From contig JARFYF010000036.1 in assembly GCA_030265395.1 (NCBI GenBank), positions 1,701,884-1,765,883 on the forward strand: 64,000 nucleotides of DNA, in the 5' to 3' direction. Under the pieces are notes generated by a model, which made no database searches, had not been told where the DNA came from, and worked only from the letters and a program-made list of their open reading frames with translations. The translations under genes were made by a program, and so were the position numbers. Positions 1 through 11,873 of this stretch are shown piece after piece. The stretch is from Rhina ancylostomus (taxonomy: Eukaryota). How positions within the stretch are numbered: position 1 is the stretch's first letter; the number at the start of each line of letters is the position of its first letter.

Positions 1-154
1 GCAGTAATGAAGCCTACCACTGTCTCTATTCCTACTCATGTGGTTCACTGTCCAGTTTGTTTGCTAATAGTCCTATGAAGCATTTTAGGACCTTTTGTTA
101 CATTAAAAAATACACTTGGTAAATGGAAATTGTTGTCACTGAAACTAGTGTATG

Positions 155-455
155 GGGGCAGGCACGGTAGTGTAGCAGTTAGCGTAACGCTGTTACAGTG
201 CCAGCGACCTGGGTTCAATTCCGGCCGCTGTCTGTAAGGAGTTTGTACATTCTCTCCGTGTCCGTGTGGGTTTCCTCCGGGTGCTCCGGTTTCCTCCCAC
301 GTTCCAAAAAGATATACGGGTTAGGAAGTTGTGGGCGTGCTATATTGGTGCCGGAAGCGTGGTGACACTTGAGGGCTGCCCCCCAGCACGTTCTCAGTAA
401 TGCAAAAAGATGCATTTCACTGTGTGTCTCGATGTACATGTGACTAATAAAGAAA
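155..455 (+). mobile_element. tRNA-derived SINE (V-SINE/HE1-like), near full length
   Basis: tRNA-like head with B-box GGGTTCAATTCC, V-domain core GTGTGGGTTTCCTCCGGGTGCTCCGGTTTCCTCCCAC, 3' tail ending ATGTACATGTGACTAATAAAG; ends approximate. Confidence 0.85.
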
Positions 456-924
456 TACCTCATCTCAAGTGTAATATGGTTACTACCTCCCCACTGAATC
501 CCACTTAAGTTCTCTCTTAAAGACTGTTGTTTTGGAATGTCATGGAATGGGCCTTCAAGTGCAATTGTGCATGTATGATGTGAAGCTGTTAAATTAATAA
601 TGCTTGTGTTAAGCAAGTTTTTCCTCAGATTAATCCTAATCCTTTATTGGTTTAACAGTTGCATTCTGTTGGGCAAGCAGTGGATTACAAACTGAATGCA
701 AATGTAAGAGTGTTAAAATGGTAACATGATTATAAATAAGTAGTCGGGATGTTATGCCTTTTGTTTCATCACGGTGCAGTATCAAACGTTTCTAAAAATG
801 CACAATGTTACATCACATTTAGCAATCTGTAGTATATGACAGTTACTCATTTTTTCAGTAATAAAGCATTTCAACAATTAACAGTCCGTTAGGTGGAGAT
901 ATCTAAAGCAGCAAACAACTCTGT

Positions 925-1215
925 TTTCACAAGTGAGAGGGTCTCAAATGAGGGGGAGTAGTTACAAGATAAGGGAACGGCCACATCAAACAGAGGTGTG
1001 TAGAAATTTCTCTTCACAGAGGACTGTGAATCTCTGGAATCTTCTACTCCATAGGGTCATGGAAGATGGCCCATGGGAAGTGTTTAAGGTGGAAGGTGGA
1101 AGTTGATACATTTTTGAAAGATCAGTGAATTGGAGGCTATTGTGGGATCTGGCACAGAGGAAGATTAAAGCTGGTGTTGGTGGGGCAGGGTCAAGGTGTC
1201 AGTAGCTTATTCTTG
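925..1215 (+). mobile_element. Degraded CR1-type LINE 3' fragment
   Basis: Typical CR1 ORF2 end/3'UTR text (AATTTCTCTTCACAGAGGACTGTGAATCTCTGGAAT...GTTTAAGG...GATACATTTTTG); near-identical 3' part recurs at about 38320-38560. Confidence 0.65.
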
Positions 1216-2523
1216 CTCACATTTTGTTGTGCTCTGAAATGTGGGGTAACTTTCAAGTTACATCTGAGTTTAGCAAAACACTCAATACTTGAACATTTCG
1301 ATGGGTCTGTAACTACCAATCTTCAGTCACTGAGCCACGTTATCCTGGTTGTGGACAGTGGGTCTGGACGGAAAGGTAAGGCAGACAAACCAAAGTAAAT
1401 CCCTGACATGCGCTCATGTGCAGTCAGTCGGGACCTTCTGACAGAGTCAGGGGACAGAACTCTACTGCACGATTCCCTGCAGAAGTCAAAGGCCAGTCTT
1501 GCTGGAGTACCCAGCACAAAATAGCAGAATCTCCTCTCAGGAGGAGCATCTGGGACCCTTTTGATTTCAGTGGGGATTCTAGGTCTACAGATGAGCAGGC
1601 AAAAAGAAAGGCAAGTTCTTCTTGATTTTTCAAAACATTTTTCATTATTTCTAGTTATTATACTTAATTTTATTCATTTACTTGAAGTATTAACTTGTTT
1701 TAATAGTTTTTGAATATTTCTGCAATATCAGAGATATAAAAACTGCTTGGTGGGAAGGCCAAGCTCTGACCCTTCCTCAGTTCTGCCTTGTCAGGGGCTG
1801 TCAGCAGCATTCCAGTGTGGTCCCTCTGCATTCCTCCGCCTGGGGCTCGTCAAATTCAGACCTTGCCACTAGACTGGGGAGGGGCAATCAATCGGTCTTC
1901 TGTATTCCTGGGGCCTGGCTTCACCCACTCCATTGTCTGCACTTCACACTGGGCACAAGTCTCCCTGCCCTTTCATTTGCACTTTCACCCGGTCGGACAT
2001 TCCCCCTCCTGATGCCTTGGTCCTGCCAGCAGTTTATGTGACTGCTGGTGACAGAACGCTCTATCATGAGTTTGCATGCCATGTTTCAGATGATGAAGAT
2101 TATACTTGTAGCTTGTGATCTGCTGCTTAGCTTGTGGCTCACTGTGAAACTTGTGCAGCTGCTTGCTGAAGCTGTCTCTGGGATAACTTTCTGCATTTTC
2201 ACTATATGTGAACGCATGAAGTATCCATCCTATGGTGTAGGTTAGGACTATAGAATCCTGACCTACTACTATTAAGATTGTTTAACTTCGGGTCTCATCT
2301 TGGAGAAATGCATGACTTCTGATCTGCCTAAGGATATATTAATGATTGTAATCTGAACTTGTGAACTACAAGTTCCTTCCTGTATGTTGTCTTAAAGATG
2401 GTGAGGTTCTGATATTTTCGGGAGGAAGTGGGAAGAAATGAGTTTGGGATGTTATTCAGTAGTTGATTTCAATTTTTTTTTGATAAGAAACCATTGAATT
2501 CTCACCAGTTTTTCTATTTCCAG

Positions 2524-2628
2524 GGAAAGCTGGCATTGATGGCTTCAAACAGCTGCTTCATTTCATGTAATGAAGAAGGTGACATTATTGCCAAGCAAAA
2601 AACAGCTGGAGAAGAGGAGATGATAAAG
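2524..2628 (+). CDS. FRG1: FRG1 (FSHD region gene 1) internal coding exon, equivalent to human exon 6
   Basis: TTTCTATTTCCAG|105 nt|GTATTC, phase 0-0; translates [35 protein letters not shown], matching recalled human FRG1 [35 protein letters not shown] with the same exon boundaries. Confidence 0.96.
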
Positions 2629-2899
2629 GTATTCATGAGGGGTTTAATTGATTGTAGATTAAGACAGGGAATAAGTTGTTTCTTCCACTTCCTTTTATAA
2701 AATGACATGACCTTACTATCAAATGTCTAACAGTACAAGGTCTGATTTTGCCATCTTAAATTCTGCATGAGTATTCTAAATGTTTTTTGGCACATAATCT
2801 ACAGTTACTGAAAAGACATGTATGCCTCTGTGCAGATAATTTGTACACTAAATCTAAATAATGGTGGCTATAAGCTCTTTAATATCAATTTGTGTGCAT

Positions 2900-3245
2900 T
2901 GGAAGACCACATGTGCTTGTTGGAAAAAGACCTGGCCTTTTCATGTAATGAATTGAACACAAGCAGTTAAAATTGATGCTACATTTCACCAAGCCCTGGT
3001 CAGATTACACATGGTGTACCATTAACAGTTCTAAGCATCAAAGTTTATAAAGAATGTATTGGTTTTGAAGGAGGTGCAGTGTAGATGCACCAAGATGATA
3101 CTTGGACTCTAAGAATTCAATTAGGAAAAGAGTTTACTTGGATTCAGATTATGTTCCCTGGAATTTAAGAGATTGAGGGTTGATTTGATTTAAGTTTTCA
3201 AGATACTAGGGTTGGTAGAGGAATCTTTTCTGGTGGTTGGGAAGA
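2900..3245 (+). mobile_element. Degraded CR1 LINE ORF2 C-terminal fragment
   Basis: Decayed CR1 motifs (GGAGGTGCAGTGTAGATGCACCAAGATGATAC; TTAAGAGATTGAGGGTTGATTTGATTTAAGTTTTCAAGAT). Confidence 0.6.
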
Positions 3246-4234
3246 TCACAAACTCCCGTACATACAAACAAGCATGTGGGAGACTGGGGTGGATGGGGAT
3301 GGATTTAGGACTTCTGCGGGGCTGCCGGGATCTTCTGCCCCGTGGGACCAGGACATTTCCACCAGCCTTCTCTTCCCCCCCCCCCNNNNNNNNNNNNNNN
3401 NNNNNNNNNNNNNNNNNNNNNNNNNNNNNNNNNNNNNNNNNNNNNNNNNNNNNNNNNNNNNNNNNNNNNNNNNNNNNNNNNNNNNGGCATTAGTTTCCAG
3501 TGAATTCTGATCCCGAGTTGGGTTGGCAGTGGGTTATTGGGCGTGAGGGGTGCTGGCGAGTGGGACAGTGCGTGAAATTCCACTTCCTATTACAACTAAC
3601 GTGTGAAGGGGTGTTGGAACTGTGTCCAGGTTTACTGTGAAAGCAGCAAGCTAACAGCAGCTGCTATTGGTTCACATTGGGGCAGATCTTCTGAGGCCAA
3701 CATTTACAGGTTTTCCCATGAGGAAGGTCCGCACCCGAGCTCTGGCATGTACCGAATCTGATTTGCCGACCTTTCCGCCCTCTGCACTTTGACCCTGGAG
3801 TGCCGGGCAGCGGCACTGAATTCTCCACACAGACCCACGTCCCAAAGCAGTCTTCCCTTCACGGTACCAGCTGCACCCTCCTCTCCCATCAGTCCCGGCA
3901 GGGCTGCACGGGGCTTGCACATCTGGACTTTGGGAACATCTGTAGGAAAATGGCCACGACTTGCGGGAAGGGATTTTCTGGGCAACCCTTGCTGATATAA
4001 AACTATATGACAACCGGACCATCATAGCGTGGGTGCTATAGGCTTTTGCTTATTGAGTACAAACGAGAGCCAGCACCAACCCACGCCCCATCAGTATTAT
4101 TTCCATCGAGAGATGGAAGAGTCATAACGGATATTGAGGAAAATGGCTCATATGTTCAATTCAAACAGCTGTTAAAATTTTTGGGTTCAATATATTATCG
4201 TCCTTGTGTTTGGGCACTGAATGCATGAATGCTG

Positions 4235-4498
4235 GGCAGCACAGTGCTGTGTCACAGCTATAGTGGCCTGCAATCAATCCTGCCTCTGCAATTTGCACAT
4301 TCTCCGTGAATGAGTGGGTTCCCTTTGGCTGCTTCGGACTCCTCCCACACCCCTGACAGGTTAAATGTTTGCTGCAAATTGACCCTCGTGTTCGGGTGAG
4401 TGGTGGAATCTGGAAAAAACTTACCGGGAAAATTAGTGGGGAATGGTATCACTGCATGGACTCGATGGGCCAGAATGGCACCTCCTATATCGTAAGAC
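4235..4498 (+). mobile_element. Degraded V-SINE copy
   Basis: Contains TTTGCACATTCTCCGTG..GTGGGTTCCCTTTGGCTGCTTCGGACTCCTCCCACAC core and CR1-like tail GGACTCGATGGGCCAGAATGGCACCTCCT. Confidence 0.65.
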
Positions 4499-4594
4499 AA
4501 GATGGACATGGAGGATGTTCAGACTGTGGAAGAGACAAGTGAAATATGAGAAGTGCTGATCCTTCTTGAACTAAGCAAGGGATTACAGGTGCAC

Positions 4595-5115
4595 CATGGA
4601 AAGCGTTCTTTGTGTCTGCATCACAGCTTAGTACGGCAACTGCTCTGCCCAAGACTGCAAGAAACTGCAGAGAGTTGTGGACGCAGCTCAGTCCAATCAC
4701 ACAAACCAGCCTCCCCTCCATGGACCCTACACTTCCTGCTGCCTTGGGAAATAAGCCAACATGATCTAGGACCCCCTCCCGACCCGGTCATTCCTTCTTC
4801 TCTCCTGTCAGACAGAAGATGCAAGAGCTTGAAAGCACATGCCACCAGACTCGAGGACAGCTTCTATCCCACTGTTATCGGAGTCTTGAATGGACCTCTC
4901 GTACAATAAAGATGAACTCTTAACCTCCCACTGTACCTCGTCGTGGCCCTTGCACTTTACTTGTTTACCTGCACTGCACTTTCTCTGGAGCTGCAACACT
5001 ATATCCCACATTTTGTTTTACTACCTCAATGTAAGTATACGTGGCATGATCTATCTGGAGGGCACACAAGCAAAAGCTTTTCATTGGATCCCGGTACATG
5101 TGACAATAAGAAACC
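4595..5115 (+). mobile_element. Rex1/Babar-type non-LTR retrotransposon 3' fragment
   Basis: Remnant coding for GNCSAQDCKKLQRVV and ...SLKAHATRLEDSFYPTVIGVLN, followed by family 3'UTR ending GTACATGTGACAATAA. Confidence 0.7.
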
Positions 5116-5356
5116 AATACCAATATTTCAGACTGCAGATTTCTTTCATTGTTTTCCTCATGATCCCACCTTTGGCCCACGTCCAGAATTTCAGTTTGCA
5201 CTCAGACCTACATAGAAACATTAGAGATGGCAGGAATGGGTCCTCGCGCATGCTCCACCATTCAACAGGATTGTGGGTGATCCTTTAGTGCAACTTTCCT
5301 GCACTAACCTCACATTCCTTGGTTCCTATACCTGAAAATCAGTTGACGTCTGTCTT

Positions 5357-5757
5357 TTCTATTTCAATCTTTTTATTAGTTTTCAAATTAATACAGATTA
5401 ATACAGATATAATCATAAAGAATAAAAAATATATTCTAGGCCCCACGGTCTCTTAGTAAATGAATATAATACAAAAAATATCAAAAAGGGAAAGAAAAAG
5501 ATTTATTGTATGAAAAAAACAAATTGGAAAAAATTATAAGTAATAAGATGAAACAAACTAAAAAAAATTCCAAACGAAAAACTGGACTGACATTTTTCGA
5601 TGAACAAAGAGCATTATTACGTCGTCAACTCCTCTCCTCTGAGTTCAAAGGTTATTGAAAAGGGATCTATATCATGTGAAAATATTGAATGAATGGACTC
5701 CAAACTTCCTCAAATTTAAGCGAAGAATCAACAGTTCACCTCTAATTTTCTACCGAT
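5357..5757 (-). mobile_element. Probable L1/Tx1-type LINE 3' end
   Basis: Minus-strand AATAAA/A-rich tail (plus strand TTTCAATCTTTTTATTAG) with an AT-rich 3'UTR and ORF-end-like sequence; family call from general appearance only. Confidence 0.45.
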
Positions 5758-7368
5758 GATGGAATCTGGCCATTTATCTGCTGATGCTTGTCGTATGNNN
5801 NNNNNNNNNNNNNNNNNNNNNNNNNNNNNNNNNNNNNNNNNNNNNNNNNNNNNNNNNNNNNNNNNNNNNNNNNNNNNNNNNNNNNNNNNNNNNNNNNATG
5901 TTTAAATTTAGAAAAAATTAGGAGTGATGTCTGTCTTGATTGATCCTCCACAGACCACTTGGGTGGAAGATCCCAAAGATCATTACCGTCTGGGGGAATA
6001 AGCTTCTCCTCATCTCTGTCCTGATGGCCAAACCCTTGCTTTGAGACTGGGTGGAAGGAGTTGAATGTCAATCCCGGAGTGAGGCCGGGGCGTATGGAAG
6101 GAGTAACCATTCATGTGATTGAGGTTGTGAGGTGCTGGTGGTGGTGTGTCTGGTCACGCGTGCCCATTCATCTTTACCTACTGTGTACGCTTGTGAACTT
6201 TCCTCAGACTTTGGGCATCTTCAAGCCGGGAGAAGGCCATTCCAGGCTCCTCTAACTCTGGGCCTGACAGTCTGGTCCTTGTCCCTGCCCACCCCGAGGT
6301 ACAAGACCACTCTTCCGTCACACATCTTACTTGAGCTTGGCCCTGTTGGGAGTCATGCAGATTCCATCTTGGCCTTGGTTCTGGATGTAACCCTGCTCCA
6401 AGCACCCTCCTGACCAACCTCACCTTTCCTTATCGCACATGGGATCATCACCAATAGGTCACCTTCTCAACAAATGACAATACCGTGAATACCTCAGCTT
6501 TACAATACACTTTAATGAATGTATTCAGATATTTCCAATTTGTTTCAATTCTGTGGTTATTTGACAAGCATTGAAACATTAGGGAAGTAGAAATGGATTT
6601 ATACATGGAGATTTTATTTCCTAACACTTATTTTACTCAGTTATTCATTTAAGTGAATAACTGATTAAAACTAGAGAGATCATGTAGGTCCATGCTGACT
6701 TGAATAATTCAGGATATGGAGTTGCAATGCCAGGTACACTCTTGACTTCTGGCTTGATTATGCACCGATTGACAAACTGCTGTGAAAATCATGAGTCCAC
6801 CTGTCCAAAGCTTAATCCGGCTGAGAGAGAGGCAGTGCAGATGGGAGAGCTGTAAAACTATTCCTGCCAAATAATTATATCTGATCTCCCACCACCAAAA
6901 GGCTTCGCAGTATGTGAAATCAGCTTTATGAGAGGAAGTGTATTTTTGTTTGGGGAGGGGGTGGATCTTTCACTGTGCTGACAAATTGAGTTGTAGCCAC
7001 CTCATCAGGAGATTGACTTGAGGGACCAAGATGATGGTTAGTCTCTAAGCTGCAAAGTTTACACCTTTTCTGTCGCTGAATAATCATCAGTCACAACTGT
7101 GCTTGTGCAGTTTCAGTGGATTATGATTATTGCTGTCTGTCCCCTCAAATGGGGCAGCATACTTTAGAAGAGAACATAGCACAAATGCAGTGAGGTTTAA
7201 GATCCTCTCTATTATTGGTGTGAAATATTTGCATGAAAGTTTAAAGTATAATCACAGCTGTAGTATCGGAAACATGCCAGGTAGTTTGTGCTGAGGAAAG
7301 TCTCTCAGAGTAATTTGATTATGATCATATAATCAGTTTGATTGAGAGATAAAGATTGATCAAAGTAC

Positions 7369-7456
7369 CTCAGACCAAAATGTGGACTGTCCATTTCCCT
7401 CCACAGATGCTGCCTGACCTGCTGAGTTCCTCCAGCACTTTGTGTGTGTTGCTCCA
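7369..7456 (+). mobile_element. Penelope-like repeat end fragment
   Basis: CCACAGATGCTGCCTGACCTGCTGAGTTCCTCCAGCA motif, abundant in chondrichthyan genomes; related copies at about 17470-17670 and 30447-30785. Confidence 0.55.
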
Positions 7457-7484
7457 GGGAGAATTCATCTCCATGAATACAGTG

Positions 7485-7897
7485 TGTTATGGACTAGGAC
7501 TATTAGTGAGTGTCCCTTTTAGAGTGTGTGTGTGTGTGTGTGTGTGTNNNNNNNNNNNNNNNNNNNNNNNNNNNNNNNNNNNNNNNNNNNNNNNNNNNNN
7601 NNNNNNNNNNNNNNNNNNNNNNNNNNNNNNNNNNNNNNNNNNNNNNNACAACGGTGGTTGTTGAAGAAGCCTTTACTCATGTTTCACCTTATGGCTTGCT
7701 GAACTGAACTTTAAGAACCATTCCAGGACGTGGAGTTTGGGAATTTGCCACACACACACAGCAAGTTTAGTTAGTTTTTGGGGTTAATGTTCGAGGCTTA
7801 ACATTTTTACTTTTATTTTACTTATTATCATAAGTAGTTGTTAATGAAGTAGTTTTTACATGTCTCGGGGTGTTTCTGTTGTTGCTGGTTTGTAACA
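7485..7897. mobile_element. Solo LTR (Gypsy-type), interrupted by an assembly gap
   Basis: Starts TGTTA (7485), ends TAACA (7897); 4-bp target-site duplication AGTG at 7481-7484 and 7898-7901; contains (TG)n before the gap 7548-7647. Confidence 0.7.
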
Positions 7898-9191
7898 AGT
7901 GCAATTCAAGCCTTGCCTGATCATGGTACAGTCAGCATTGAAATTAGTTTCTTCAACTAATTTGTTGACGTATTCCACTCATTTTATTTCAATTGCCATT
8001 CATTAAATGCCCTGTGACAGGAAAAATTAACAGATGCACATTTTAATATTAGTTTCCATTGTTCCTTTCTCTTTCCCAAATGAACTTTACGTTCCTTCTC
8101 TTACTCCCCTTGTTTTACCCCAGCCCTTGTTTAGTTTGCAGCCAAATTTGCTTCAGAGTCCAATGGCATAACTTAAGACATTTTCTGTGCAATCACAAAA
8201 TAATTGTTCAGCATATAACGGGTAAAGACAAATTGGCTGGTATTTATTGTAACAAGTCTGTTTTCTCTTCCAAATCATCTGTCCCTCTCTGAAAGCATCA
8301 ATCTTTATTGGGTTATTATTGATGTGCATGTGTAAATGATAACTGACAGCATCGACAGGTTAGCTGACTGCATGGGGCATTTCAACAGAACTTGATGCTG
8401 ACCTAACCCAACATTATCATTCTCCTGCTTCCAGGAGTCATCGGATAGCAATAAGGAGCGGGCACCTTGGCTGACATCTCCATCCCATTCCTAACTGGCA
8501 CCAAAGCCACTGCAGCTCCCCTATTGGCTCAATTAAAATCAGCTAACTCACCACAGACCAGGGATCAGAGATTCCCCTACCGTTCAGTTCTGAGGCTCAC
8601 TGGACACACTTGCTGAGCCCTCGGGGGAGTTCAGGAGAAATCTGCTTGTAANNNNNNNNNNNNNNNNNNNNNNNNNNNNNNNNNNNNNNNNNNNNNNNNN
8701 NNNNNNNNNNNNNNNNNNNNNNNNNNNNNNNNNNNNNNNNNNNNNNNNNNNNNNNNNNNNNNNNNNNNNNNNNNNNNNNNNNNNNNNNNNNNNNNNNNNN
8801 NNNNNNNNNNNNNNNNNNNNNNNNNNNNNNNNNNNNNNNNNNNNNNNNNNNNNNNNNNNNNNNNNNNNNNNNNNNNNNNNNNNNNNNNNNNNNNNNNNNN
8901 NNNNNNNNNNNNNNNNNNNNNNNNNNNNNNNNNNNNNNNNNNNNNNNNNNNNNNNNNNNNNNNNNNNNNNNNNNNNNNNNNNNNNNNNNNNNNNNNNNNN
9001 NNNNNNNNNNNNNNNNNNNNNNNNNNNNNNNNNNNNNNNNNNNNNNNNNNNNNNNNNNNNNNNNNNNNNNACGATGCCACAACTATCCTCATTCAGGTGA
9101 GGCAGCACCAAACTGGTCTCAGCACCATTAGGCAGAGACAAGCCCAGCCAGCACTCCTGCTCCTCGCCTTTGTGATCGGTGTTGAATGCTC

Positions 9192-9223
9192 CTAAAACTC
9201 AGGCCCCTAAAACTCAGGCCCCT
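9192..9223. repeat. Short tandem duplication of CTAAAACTCAGGCCC
   Basis: Two adjacent 15-bp copies seen directly. Confidence 0.8.
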
Positions 9224-11867
9224 GTATCTGCCAGAGAACTGAAATGGCTCAAGCCAGTCCGAGTGACGTCCTATGTGACTGTGACAAAGGAAACAACCCT
9301 TTCCCATCCTTCTCAAGCTACTTGCAGCAGTTGACCGTGACATTACCCTCAGAGATGAACGTAACTGAAGTTTCTCACCAGTATGTTTGTATCACTAACA
9401 CTGCCGATATTACCCAACTCCACTGATTGCATTGGCCATTTCCTTACAGGTGCCATAGTAGCTCATTTTGATTGCTGATTGCCCTCCGATGCCTTCCAAC
9501 TGTATTCTGAGCTGGGTAGGAGTGCACATCTGTGTCCTTTACCTGTCCAGTAGTAACCAATCGTCTCTCTTGCTACCACTCCCTAGCCAAGTGTCAGTCC
9601 CTAACCTCCTATTTCTCATCTACGTGGTACTTCTCAATGACACCATCGAAAACAGTAATGGTGTTCCCACATTCACACGGGGCACCTGACCTTATCACCA
9701 CTGCTGCCACTCAACTGTCACACTACTTTCCCACCATTCGATTTCCTCCAAATGTTCTGACCACAAATAAACCACCATCACCTTTAATATTTTCCAAACT
9801 GTTAGCCAGAAGACTAAATGTTCAAAAAAATATTTACACCTTCAGTCTCATTCCCTCCCATCCACCGTCATCATAACCTGCAAGTTATTTTCTTTCAATT
9901 GTCCATTTGAAAACCTTGATTGATTTGGCATTCACGGGATCCCAATCATTACTAGCAGTGTAAATGTCTCTCTTTCACTCACCTCCCCCGTGTCTCTTTT
10001 GCCCAAATGGTACAAGTTTGCCACACACCCTCTTCTCCCTCCCGGGTACTGGAACCCTCCCACTAACCAGCCCTGATCTTCTACCCCTCCAGCAGGTGAC
10101 TGCTAAGCCTCTTGTTCCAAGGAGACAATCCCAGCTTCTCCGCCCTAACCTTGTAGCTGGAATCTTGCCCCCCTGGAATTATTCTGATAAATGCAGTCTG
10201 TGCCCTGTCCAGTTCCTTCACATCTTCCCTTAAAGCCCAGGTAATGCTTCACACAGGTTCAACAGACTAAGATTAAACAATTTTAACCCACTGGAGTACT
10301 AGGTGGAGCATTAATACACAAGTTGATGTAGCTAACNNNNNNNNNNNNNNNNNNNNNNNNNNNNNNNNNNNNNNNNNNNNNNNNNNNNNNNNNNNNNNNN
10401 NNNNNNNNNNNNNNNNNNNNNNNNNNNNNNNNNCTGAGTGGGGTAACCCTCCCTGCCCATCATCATTCCTCCTCCGAGGACATTCCCATCAGCATCACCC
10501 CTCAGACAGGGCCCCTCAAGTGAGCCTGGGGCTGTAGATAATTTTTCCAAGTTTGGGAATACAGGGAGAAAGGGCAAATAGCATGTGATTAGGAATGAAT
10601 CCAAGTCTCCGGAGCTGTGAGGCAGCAGTATTGCCTGCTACATCATCATGTCACCCAAGCTGGGGATGGAGGCTGCTCTGGGTGGTAATCTGTGAAGCCC
10701 GAGTGGTTCAGTCTTTGCCCTGCTTGCTCACCTTCGCTCACCTGTGGCAGGGTTTTCAGATAAGCAGGATGTCCACTCCAATGTTTGTCTTGCTGGTCTT
10801 AGCATTAGATCAACTGAGTCTGCCCACTACTTGCAGTGTTTGTCAGAAGACCAGAACTTTAAGTGTTCCCACCCCAGCAGAGAATCACACAAGGAAGCTT
10901 GTGCATTTGTGTCTCATGAGACTTCCAAAAGTTATTTACACCCAGGAATTGTACACCTACACACATCATGCCTTGCTCATGCATAGACCCCTCCTCTGGC
11001 CCATGACAGTAGGTTGGGTGCAATGGGCAACACCAATTTAGTGCTTTTATATGCAAGTGAACCAGCAAGCCTTTTATCTCCGATGGCATGAGCAGTGGGA
11101 CAAATTCACACGGTAGTGTAAAATGACAAAAATCTCAATTAAAATGAACATCAGCTATTAAAGTCTCCATAAACACAGTACAAAAGACATCAAAAAAGTT
11201 GATACCTTCAGTTTGTTGTTTTTATCATATCCATTTAAGGCTTGACCTGCAATTTTAAAATCAGCCAAGATAAAGTGGAGTTACTATCTTTGCATAAATA
11301 ATTTAGACACAGTGTAATGCAAGTACAGTATTGGGTAACTGAAAACAAAAAAAGGTAATTAAGCTCAACTGCAATGAGATGACAACATGCACTTTGAAGC
11401 ATTAAGAATGGTTATATTGGGCACTCCTGCATCGTTTGTGGTTGATGTGAGCATGCTTCCAGATTTCTGTTTCATTCTCTACCACCACCACCTTGCCAAG
11501 TTACAGCTCCAAAAGTAGCAGAAAGTCCTCAGCCGATATTCATCCACAAGCAACTCCAGGGAAAGGTTGTGTGACTCGGTGAGGAGTGCTTATTGGTGTC
11601 AACTCAAAGACCATCTTCACATCAAACATGAGTCCTACCAGCGCATCACTCATTAATGATGTGGTCATAGTTTCAGAAGATCAACTGCTAGATAATAATC
11701 ACCTGGTTCAGACAGCAAATTTCTTTGATGGAAACCTAGAAGGCATTGGCTAAAGAACTGTCCCACCTGCAGATCAGTCTTAAAACAGATACTGTGCTGT
11801 AAGTAAAAGTAATCCAAAGGAATTTTGCTCAGACAAAAGAAAGGACATTTTAAGAAGCAACTGTAAC

Positions 11868-11873
11868 TTTATT
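11868..11873 (-). promoter_or_regulatory. Candidate polyadenylation signal of the SOWAH-like gene
   Basis: AATAAA on - strand followed by a U/GU-rich tract (TGTCCTTTCTTTTGTCT); other AATAAA hexamers lie between here and the stop, so the choice is uncertain. Confidence 0.35.

Noticed and set aside
11770-11802. AGATACTGT (RYC) resembling the last FRG1 exon
   Set aside because: An in-frame TAA lies just upstream and the flanking residues do not match RAKLKADRYCK.
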